Shown here one piece after another: positions 36,401 through 48,400 of a stretch of DNA of 64,000 bases (its first letter is position 1; the number at the start of each line of letters is the position of its first letter). A program made the position numbers and the translations under genes. The stretch lies in NCBI RefSeq assembly GCF_006345805.1, contig NC_042997.1, positions 207,204,001 to 207,268,000 on the forward strand, in the 5' to 3' direction. This DNA is from Octopus sinensis (taxonomy: Eukaryota). The notes under the pieces are model-generated. The model saw only the letters and a list, made by a program, of their open reading frames with translations, did not search any database and was not told where the DNA came from.

Positions 36401-39400
36401 TACTTTATCAACCCAAGGATAAAAGGCAAAATTGACCACAGAAGAATTGAACTCAGAACATAAAGACAGACGAAATACCGTTGAGCATTTTGTCCAGTCA
36501 GCTAATGATTCTGCCAGTTTGCTGCCTTATTTCTCATAGAAATATCCTTATGTTCCTAGAAGAATCCAATCATGGATTTGTATGTGGTACAGGCTTAAGC
36601 TGATTTCTTTTATCTATATTTTTTAATCAAGTGATGTCAAGTGTTGTTTAATTATTTCTTCTTCATTAGTATTCAGATTGAAAATCTCTCTAATTAATGA
36701 TAAATATTTTAAGAAACCCTAACAAAAGGGATCTTTTCTGTTGTATGATGACTTCTTCATTTTAATTAATTTTGAAAATGATAAAGAATTCACTAAAATA
36801 TCTTGGTCATTGGTAAGCTGCTAATTAGAACACGAATTAACATTGCATTTAATTTAGTTTTCTTTTTTTTTTGGTATAAAGGAACATAATGTCCCTATTT
36901 ATATTAGGAGTGTGAGTTATATCGGTAAATGTGAGGTGTAAGCTTTTTGGTACCAACCTTCCCAAGACTGCACTTTCTTCTATGATACATGCTTTCTATA
37001 GAAAGTGATGTAAATTAAAATTTCCCATTAAGATTCCATGTAAATTCATGTTCTAATTAGCAGCTTACCAATGACCAAGATATTTTACTAAATTCTTTAT
37101 CATTTTCAAAATTAATTAAAATAAAGAAGTCATCATTTCTTAAAATATTTATCATTAATTAGAGAGATTTTCAATCTGAATATTAATGAAGAAGAAATAA
37201 TTAAACAACATTTGACATCATTCACTATTCAAGACTCCTAGGATGGTAGTAGTGATGTACAAGATGGTAATATATAGCAATAATTAAAGAAGACCCGGCA
37301 AGACCAGTGAGAACAATCAAAATCAAATCATATATCAGAAAAGCAGGGGTTAAGTGACCCATCTGTTCGTGTCCGCTGTCAGCCTCGTCTGGCACCCGTG
37401 TCGGTGATACGTAAAAGCACCATTCGCTCGTGGCCGTTTGCCAGCTCTGTCTGGCCCCCATGTCGGTGGCACGTAAAAGCACCATCCGTCGTGTTCGTGG
37501 CCAGCCTCGCCTGGCCCCGTGCCGGTGACACGTGACACGTAAGCACCGTCCGTTTCATGGCCGTTTGCCAGCTCTGTCTGGCCCCGTGTCGGTGGCACGT
37601 AAAAGCACCATCCGTTCATGTTCGTTGCCAGCCTCGCCTGGCCCCGTGCCGGTGACACGTAAAAGCACCGTCCGTTCGTGGCCGTTTGCCAGGTCTGTCT
37701 GGCCCCGTGTCGGTGGCACGTAAAAGCACCATCCTTTCGTGTTCGTTGCCAGCCTCGCCTGGCCCCCATGCAGGTGACACGTAAAAGCACCGTCCGTTCA
37801 TGGCTGTTTGCCAGCTCTGTCTGGCCCCGTGTCGGTGGTACGTAAAAGCACCATCCATTCGTGTCCGTTGCCAGCATCGCCTGGCCCCGTGCCGGTGACA
37901 CGTAAAAACACCATCCGTTCATGGCCGTTCGCCAGCTCTGTCTGGCACCTGTGCAGGTGGTACGTAAAAAACACCCACTACACTCGCGAAGTGGTTGGCG
38001 TTAGGAAGGGCATCCAGCTGTAGAAACACTGCCAGACCAGACTGGAGCCTGGGGCAGCCCCTGGCTCCCCAGACCCCGGTCGAACCGTCCAACCCGTGCT
38101 AGCACAGAAAACGGACGTTAAACGATGATGATGATGATGATGAATTAAAGAGTAGTTGCACTCCCCACAGGGATAAGGTGATAGTCTTTTTCAGATCAAC
38201 TTCATTATCTCAGGAAGTGATACCTCTTTGCTAAATACAAAAACACTGAGAGTGTAGTGGGTGCTTTTTACATGCCACTGGCACAGATACCAGTAAGGTA
38301 GCACTGGCATTGGACATGCTTTTTACAGGTGGCACTGGTTTTGACCATGCTTGAATGGTGTTCTTTATGTGCCACTGGCATGGGTAGCATATCACCTGAT
38401 GATTGAAAAATGCTTGTAAATGGGCCAGTTATGTGACACTGGCATCAGCCATGATTACAATCTCACTTGGCATGCCAGGTCTTCTCAAGCACAGCATAAA
38501 GGTCTCAGTTGCTTGTCATTGCCTCTGTCAGGCCCAACGTTAGAAAGTTATGCTTCACCACATCATCCCATGTCTTTTTCATTGACAAAATGAATATTTC
38601 TCCTATTTCAGATCATGAAGATAAAGAAATAAAATATGATGTCTCTGCTGGTCAAAAAGAATTTGGTGTCACATTGAAATTCATTGCTAAATACCAAAAT
38701 CTTGACAATGCTATAGAAACTGTTAAAAAGGAGTACGATTCTCTATTAACAACTGAGAAAATCCCATTTGATGTGGACTTCACAGAATCTCGAGTAAGTT
38801 GGCCACAATAATACAGGGTTTTGCTTTTTTTAATCTTTTGTCTTTTACTTGTTTCACTCATCAGACTTAAGTCATTCTGGGGCTTAATATGACTCCTCAG
38901 ACTTAAGTCATGCTGGGGCTTACTTTCACTCATCAAACTTCAGTCATTCTGGGGCTTAATTTGACTCATCAGACTTCCGTCATGCTGGGGCTTTTTTTAA
39001 CTCATAAGACGTCAATAATCATAGGACTTAATTTGACTCATTGGACTTCAGTCATTCTGGGGCTTAATTTGACTCATCAGACTTCCGTCATGCTGGGGCT
39101 TTTTTTAACTCATAAGACGTCAATAATCTTAGGACTTAATTTGACTCATTGGACTTCAGTCATTCTGGGGCTTAATTTGACTCATCAGACTTCCGTCATG
39201 CTGGGGCTTTTTTTAACTCATAAGACGTCAATAATCATAGGACTTAATTTGACTCATTGGACTTCAGTCATGCTGGGGCTTCATTTGACACATCAGAATT
39301 CAGTCATGCTGGGGCTTTTTTGAACTCATAAGACTTTTTGATTCAAACTGTTGCTGTCAACTTCGTCCGAAAAATGAATTCCAGCTAAGCAATATTAGTT

Positions 39401-42400
39401 TAATTCAGCCCGTACCTACCAGAAATATTTCTATGCAATTGATTGATCTTTAGTTATCCCTGTTTATCTCTATTATGTTATGACTTTTACTTTGTCTATT
39501 TCAGCCTCACACCTCGTGTTATATATATATATATATATATAATTCTATAGTTCATCTCAATATATCGATGTCTCTCTCATGTCTTGTGTTAAATATATAT
39601 ATAATCTTATAGCTCGCTCCCTAATTTTATCGATCAGCCTCACATCTCATTAAATATAGAATAAATATATTTATAATTTATAGCTCCTTATCGCTGTCTA
39701 AGATAAATTTAGCTCACGTATCTCCATAACTCTGCAAAATATCTCTCTCTCAAATTTAGGTATTTTATACTACTATAAGTATTCCTTTCCAAGAATGAGT
39801 GGCGCCCCTACATGGCTGCTAGTTTTCACGGTGCACCCGCCCTCCCCCACCCCTCCACCGGTACAGGAAGTCCTAAATTTTCTCATCATTGTTGTCTCCC
39901 ATGTACACTTCAAAGTCTTACGCCACCCCCCACCTCCATAAAAGGTTGTGGTCATTCATGCAAGATATGTAGTGTTGCGTACGCGGTTTGAACTTGAGTT
40001 TTATTTTTTGTCTATGAATCCTGCCAAATGCGAGTTTTCTTTTCAGTTCATGATGCTACTAGGGCCAATACCTCCCACACCCTCAGGGTTGGCACCCTCA
40101 ACATTGGCACACTGAAAGGCAGATCTGACGAGATCGTTGAATTGCTTGAACGGAGGTGTGTTGATATATGCTGCATTCAAGAAGTGAGGTGGAGAGGAGG
40201 TTCTGCTAGGTTCCTCTCAGGCAAAGGACAGAGGTACAAGATTTTCTGGGCTGGGAATACTGACGGGGTCGGGGGGTGTGGGTATACTTATCGCTGAAAA
40301 ATGGGTAGATAAGGTAATCGAGGTAGTCAGAGTATGTGACAGAATACTTAAGATTAGATTAGTGCTCCATCATAGTTTAGCAACTATTATATCGGCCTAT
40401 GCCCCTCAGCCAGGGCTACCCGATGGAGAGAAAGACCGTTTCTATGACACCCTACTGCAGACCACCTCACTGACGAACGACAGTGACCTTCTCTTTGTGG
40501 CTGGTGACTTCAATGGGCATGTTGGACGATATGCTGGGGGCTTCCATGGCGTACATGGAGGCTACGGTTATGGTTCCCACAATGAGGAGGGAACCAGGCT
40601 GCTGGAGTTCTGTGATGCGAATAGTCTTATGGTTGGCAACACTAACTTCAGGAAACTGACAAGCCACCTGGTCACCTACCGATCGGGCCGGCATACTAGC
40701 CAAATCGACTACATCCTTGCCAGAAAAGGGAAAGATGGCTGCTTATAATTGCCAAAACCTTCCCAGGCGAAGAATGTACCCCACAACATAGACTGGTAGT
40801 TAGTGACTTTAGGATCAGGACTAAGAGGATGACTAGAAGACGACCAACATGGAGAAGAAGGGTCTGGAAGCTTAAAGACCCTGCGAATGGACAGAGATTT
40901 AGAGACATGTTACTTGAAGCCTTTGACGAAATAGAAGGGGGTATAGCTACACATGGGGTAGAAGACAACTGGACGCTTCTAAGGGACAACCTGCTGAAAG
41001 CCACTTTCCAGATCTGTGGCTGGTGCAAAGTCCCCTCAAGACCCAAAATAACGTGGTGGTGGAACAATATTGTTGACAGGGCTATTAGACAAAAGAAACA
41101 GGCTTGGAAGGACTGGAAGACCGGTGGTAGCAGGGAATTGTATCAGACTGCCAGAAAGAAAGCTAGGAGGCAGGTGTATTTAGCCATAGGGGAAGCTGAT
41201 AAGAAAAAATTTGCCAATGTTCTGCACCGTGAGGACCAAAGACTTGAGGTATTTCGTGTTGCAAGATAGTGCGTGAGAGAGAATCGTGATGTGGTAGGAG
41301 AGAAATGTGTTCGCATGGATGATGGTTCACTTGCGCTAAATGAGGATGCAAAGAGAGAGGTTTGGAGAAGCCACTATGAAAGGTTGCTGAATGAGGAAAA
41401 TGAATGGGATAAAGAGAGTCTGCCGAATGTCGACCCGGCAATCCGAGTTGACAGTTCCTTAGTAGTAAAGGCAATTACAAGCATGAAAACAGGGAAAGCA
41501 CCAGGCCCATCAGGAATTACTGATATCTGGTAGTGTCGGCTATAGACTAGTCACCCGTATAGTTAACCAGGTGATACACGAAGGAGTCATACACAATGAC
41601 TGGTGTAGCAGCATAATAGTCAACAGCTACAAAGGTAAAGGTGATGCCCTAGATACAAATAACTACAGGGGTATTAAGCTGCTGGATCAGGTAATGAAGG
41701 TTACAGAGAGGGTTATAGCCAAACTAAATAGAGAGAGAGTTAGCTTAGATGAGATGCAGTTTGAGTTCGTGCTGGGGAAGAGTACTACTGATGCTATATT
41801 CCTGGTAAGACAGCTGCAGGGGAAATACCTAGCCAAAGATAAGCCCCTGTATCTGGCTTTTGTTGACATGGAGAAAGCCTTTGACAGGGTCCCCCGATCC
41901 CTTATCTGGTGGTTAATGAGGAAACTAGGGATAGATGAATGGTTAGTGAGAGCTGTGCGAGCCATGTACAGAGACGCAGCTAGTAAGGTGAGGGTTGGCC
42001 ATGTACAGGGACGCTGTAAGGTGAGGGTTGGCAACAAGTACACTGAAGAATTCCGGGTAGAGGTTGGGGTCAACAAGGGTTCAGTCCTCAGTCCCCTCCT
42101 ATTTATCATAGTCCTCCAGGCAATAACGGAGGAATTCAAGACAGGATACCCCTGGGAGCTCCTCTATGCTGATGACCTTGCTCTAATTGCTGAGTCACTA
42201 TCAGAACTGGAGGAGAAGTTTCAGGTGTGGAAGCAAGGATTAGAATCGAAGGGCCTTAGAATCAACCTAACCAAAACCAAAGTCCTAATAAGTAGGAAGG
42301 TAGACCAATCACAAACGCCTTCAGGTAGATGGCCCTACTCGATCTGTAAAAAAGGTGTAGGTAAAAAACTCTATAAGATGCACCAAGTGTAAGCTATGGA

Positions 42401-45400
42401 TACATAAGGTGTGTAGCAATGTCAAAGGAAGGCTAACTAGGAAAATAGTTTTTGTCTGTGGCAGATGCTCAGGAGCAATAAACACTGAAAATATGCAGAG
42501 ACCAACTTCTACCACGTTCAAGGGAGAAAAACTAGAAGTAGTTGATAGCTTCTGCTACCTAAGTGACCAAGTCAGTACCGGGGGTGGGTGTGCTGAAAGT
42601 GTAACTGCTAGATTAAGAATAGCCTGGGCAAAGTTTAGAGAGCTCTTAAACCTTTTGGTCACAAAAGACCTCTCGCTCAGAGTAAAAGGCCGACTGTATG
42701 ATGCATGTGTACGTACAGCCATGCTACATGGTAGTGAAACATGGGCTGTGACTGCTGAGGATATGCGTAAGCTCGCAAGAAATGAAGCCAGTATGCTCCG
42801 ATGGATGTGTAATGTCAGTGTTCATAATCGTCAGAGTGTAAGTACCTTGAGAGAAAAGTTGAACCTAAGAAGCGTCAGTTGTGGTGTGCAAGAGAGACGG
42901 CTGCGCTGGTATGGTCATGTGACGAGAATGGCTGAAGATAGTTGTGCAAAAGTGCCACACCCTAGCAGTTGAGGGAACCTGTGGAAGAGGTAGACCCAGG
43001 AAAACCTGGGACGAGGTGGTGAAGCACGACCTTCGAACTTTAGGTCTCACTAAGGAAATGAATAGAGACTGAGATCTATGGAAGTATGCTGTGCGTGAGG
43101 AGACCCGGAGAAACTAGTGGGACCATAACCCGTGGCCTCTACATGGGATGTAGCCAGTCGACTTATACATACCTTTCCTTCTTGGGACACAAAACTCCAC
43201 TTGTGAAGACCCGTTGAGGCAATTGAAAATCAAAATCAAAATCAAATCAGATATCAGAAAGCAGAACCAAAATCGAAGTCGATCAACATCTATGGAGATT
43301 ACAGCTGTGATACCAGTGCCGGTGACAAGTAAGCGAACCATCTGATCGTTGCCAGCGCCGCCCCGACTGGCCTGCGTGTCTGTGGCACGTAAAAAGCACC
43401 ATCCGATCGTGGCCGTTGCCAGCCACGCCTGGCCCCCCTGCCGCTTGCACGTAAAAGCACCATCCGATCGTGGCCGTTGCCAGCATCGCCTGGCCCCTGT
43501 GCCGATGGCACATAAAAAGCACCATTCGTCCTGTGCGGGTAGCCCGAAAAAAGCACCCACTACATTCACGGAGTGGTTGGTGTTAGGAAGGGCATCCAGC
43601 CGTAGAAACACTGCCAGATCAGACTGGGCCTCATGCAGCCTTCTGGCTTCATGAACCCCAGTTGAATCGTCAAACCCGTGCTAGCATGGAAAGCGGACGC
43701 TAAATGATGATGATGATGATGATGAAGACGTCAATCATCATAGGACTTAATTTCACTCATTGAACTTCAGTACTGCTGAGGTGTAATTTGATTCTTCAAA
43801 CTTCAGTCATGCTGGGGCTTACTTTCAGTTATTGAACTTCAGTACTAGTGAGGCGTAATTTGACTCATCAGACTTCAGTCATGCTGGGGCTTAATTTGAC
43901 TCTTCAAACTTCAGTCATGCTGGGACTTAATTTGACTCATTGAACTTCAGTACTGCTGAGGCATAATTTGACTCATCAAACTTCAGTCATGCTGGGGCTT
44001 AATTTGACTCTTCAAACTTCAGTCATGCTGGGACTTAATTTCACTCATTGAACTTCAGTACTGCTGAGGTGTAATTTGACTCATCAAACTTCAGTCATGC
44101 TGGGGCTTAAGTTGACTCTTCAAACTTCAGTCATGCTGGGACTTAATTTCACTCATTGAACTTCAGTACTGCTGAGGTGTAATTTGACACATTAGACTTC
44201 AGTCATGCTGGGGCTTAATTTGAGTCTTCAAACTTCAGTCATGCTGGGGCTTACTTCCACTCATTGAACTTCAGTAATGCTGAGGTGTAATTTGACTCAT
44301 CAGACTTCAGTCATGCTGGGGCTTAATTTGACTCTTTAAACTTCAGTCATGCTGGGGCTTACTTTCACTCATTGAACTTCAGTACTGCTGAGGCGTAATT
44401 TGGCTCATCAGACTTCAGTCATGCTGGGGCTTAATTTGACTCTTTAAACTTCAGTCATGCTGGGGCTTACTTTCACTCATTGAACTTCAGTACTGCTGAG
44501 GTGTAATTTGACTCATCAGACTTCAGTCATGCTGGGGCTTAAGTTGACTCTTCAAACTTCAGTCATGCTGGGGCTTACTTTCACTCATTGAACTTCAATA
44601 CTGCTGAGGCATAATTGGACTCATCAGACTACAGTCATGCTGGGGCTTAATTTCACTCATTGAACTTCAGTAATGCTGAGGCGTAATTTGGCTCATCAGA
44701 CTTCAGTCATGCTGGGGCTTACTTTCAGTCATTGAACTTCAGTACTGCTGAGGCGTAATTTGACTCATTAGACTTCAGTCATGCTGGGGCTTCATTTGAC
44801 TCTTCAAACTTCAGTCATGCTGGGGCTTACTGTCACTCATTGAACTTCAGTACTGCTGAGGCGTAATTTGGCTCATCAAACTTCAGTCATGCTGGGGCTT
44901 AAGTTGACTCTTCAAACTTCAGTCATTCTGGGCCTTACTTTTAGTCATTGAACTTCAGTACTGCTGAGGCGTAATTTGACACATCAGACTTCAGTCATGC
45001 TGGGGCTTAAGTTGACTCTTCAAACTTCAGTCATTCTGGGGCTTACTTTTAGTCATTGAACTTCAGTACTGCTGAGGCGTAATTTGACACATCGGACTTC
45101 AGTCATGCTGGGGCTTAATTTGACTCTTCAAACTTCAGTCATGCTGGGGCTTACTTTTAGTCATTGAACTTCAGTATTGCTGAGGAGTAATTTGACTCAT
45201 CAGACTTCAGTCATGCTGGGGCTTAATTTGACTCTTTAAACTTCAGTCATGCTGGGGCTTACTTTCACTCATTGAACTTCAGTACTGCTGATACGTAATT
45301 TGACACATCAGACTTCAGTCATGCTGGGGCTTAATTTGACTCTTCAAACATCAGACATTCTGGGGCTTACTTTCACTCATGGAACCTCAGTACTGCTGAG

Positions 45401-48400
45401 GAGTAATTTGACACATCAGACTTCAGTCATGCTGGGGCTTAATTTGACTCTTCAAACTTCAGTCATTCTGGGGCTTACTTTCACTCATGGAACCTCAGTA
45501 CTGCTGAGGTGTAATTTGACTCATCGGACTTCAGTCATGCTGGGGCTTAATTTGACTCATCAGACATCCGTCTTGCTGGGGCTTACTTTCACTCATTGAA
45601 CATCAGGACTGCTGGGCGTTACTTTCAATCATTGAGGCGTAATTTGACTCATCGGACTTCAGTCAGGCTGGTCCTTAATTTGACCCATTAGACTTCAGTC
45701 ATGCCCGGGCTTACTTTCAATCATTGAGGCGTAATTTGACTCATCAGACTTCAGTCATGCTGGGGCTTAATTTGACTCTTCAAACTTCAGTCATGCTGGG
45801 GCTTACTTTCACTCATTGAACTTCAGTACTGCTGAGGCGTAATTTGACTCATCAGACTTCAGTCATGCTGGGGCTTAAGTTGACTCTTCAAACTTCAGTC
45901 ATGCTAGGGCTTAATTTGACCCATCAGACATCCGTCATCCTGGGTATTACTTTCACTCATTGAACTTCAGTACTGCTGAGGTGTAATTTGACTCATCGGA
46001 CTTCAGTCATGCTGGGGCTTAAGTTGACTCTTCAAACTTCAGTCATGGTGGGGCTTACTTTCAGTCATTGAACTTCAGTACTAGTGAGGCGTAATTTGAC
46101 TCATCAGACTTCAGTCATGCTGGGGCTTAATTTGACTCTTCAAACCTCAGTCATGCTGGGGCTTGCTTTCAGTCATTGAACTTCAGTACTAGTGAGGCGT
46201 AATTTGACTCTTCAAACTTCAGTCATGCTGGAGCTTAATTTGACTCATTAGACATCCGTCTTACTGGGGCTTACTTTCACTCATTGAACTTCAGTACTGC
46301 TGAGGCATAATTTGACTCATCAGACTTCAGTCATGCTGTGGCTTAATTTGACTCTTCATACTTCAGTCATGCTGGGGCTTACTTTCACTCATTGAACTTC
46401 AGTACTGCTGAGGCGTAATGTGACTCATCAGACTTCAGTCATGCTGGGGCTTAATTTGACACTTCAAACTTGAGTCATGCTGGGACTTAATTTCACTCAT
46501 TGAACTTCAGTACTGCTGAGGCGTAATTTGACTCATCAGACTTCAGTCATGCTGTGGCTTAATTTGACTCTTTAAACTTCAGTCATGCTGGGGCTTACTT
46601 TCACTCATGGAACCTCAGTACTGCTGAGGCATAATTTGACACATCAGACTTCAGTCATGCTGGGGCTTACTTTCACTCATTGAACTTTAGTACTGCTGAG
46701 GCGTAATTTGACTCATCGGACTTCAGTCATGCTGGGGCTTACTTTCACTCATTGAACTTCTGTACTGCTGAGGCGTAATTTGACTCTTCATGACTCTTCA
46801 AACTTCAGTCATACTGGGGTTTACTTTCACTCATTGAACTTCAGTACTGCTGAGGTGTGATTTGACTCATCAGACTTCCGTCATGCTGGGGTTTACTTTC
46901 ACTCATTGAGGCGTAATTTGACTCATCAGTCTTCAGTCATGCTGGGGCTTAATTTGACTCTTTAAACTTCAGTCATGCTGGGGCTTACTTTCACTCATTG
47001 AACGTCAGTACTGCTGAGGCGTAATTTGACTCATCAGACTTCAGTCATGCGGGGCTTAAGTTGACTCTTTAAACTTCAGTCATGCTGGGGCTACTTTCAC
47101 TCATTGAACTTCAGTACTGCTGAGGCATAATTTGACTCATCAGACTTCAGTCATGCTGGGGCTTAATTTGACTCTTCGGACTTCAGTCATGCTGCGCCTT
47201 AATTTGACTCATCAGACTTCAGTCATGCTGGGGCTTAATTGACTCTTTAACTTCAGTCATGGCTGGGGCTTACTTTCACTTATTGATCTTCAGTACTGCT
47301 GAGGCGTAATTTGACTCATCAGACTTCAGTCATGCTGTGGCTTAATTTGACTCTTTAAACTTCAGTTATGCTGGGGCTTACTTTCACTCATGGAACCTCA
47401 GTACTGCTGGGGCATAATTTGACACATCAGACTTCAGTCATGCTGGGGCTTACTTTCACTCATTGAACTTTAGTACTGCTGAGGCGTAATTTGACTCATC
47501 GGACTTCTGTCATGCTGGGGCTTACTTTCACTCATTGAACTTCAGTACTGCTGAGGCGTAATTTGACTCATCAGACTTCAGTCATGCTGTGGCTTAATTT
47601 GACTCTTCAAACTTCAGTCATGCTGGGGCTTACTTTCACTCATTGAACCTCAGTACTGCTGAGGCGTAATGTGACTCATCAGACTTCAGTCATGCTGTGG
47701 CTTAATTTGACACTTCAAACTTCAGTCATGCTGGGAATTACTTTCACTAATTGAACTTCAGTACTGCTGAGGCGTAATTTGACTCATCAGACTTCAGTCA
47801 TGCTGTGGCTTAATTTGACTCTTTAAACTTCAGTCATGCTGGGGCTTACTTTCACTCATGGAACCTCAGTACTGCTGAGGCATAATTTGACACATCAGAC
47901 TTCAGTCATGCTGGGTATTACTTTCACTCATTGAACTTTAGTACTGCTGAGGCGTAATTTGACTCATCGGACTTCAGTCATGCTGGGGCTTACTTTCACT
48001 CATTGAAATTTAGTACTGCTGAGGCGTAATTTGACTCATCGGACTTCTGTCATGCTGGGGCTTACTTTCACTCATTGAACTTCTGTACTGCTGAGGCGTA
48101 ATTTGACTCTTCATGACTCTTCAAACTTCAGTCATACTGGGGTTTACTTTCACACATTGAACTTCAGTACTGCTGATGTGTGATTTGTCTCATCAGACTT
48201 CCGTCATGCTGGGCGTTACTTTCACTCATTGAGGCGTAATTTGACTCATCGGACTTCAGTCAGGCTGGGCCTTAATTTGACTCATCAGACTTCAGTCATG
48301 CCCGGGCTTTCTTTCAATCATTGAACTTCAGTACTGCTGAGGCATAATTTGACTCATCAGACTTCAGTCATCCTGGGTCTTAATTTGACTCTTTAAACAT

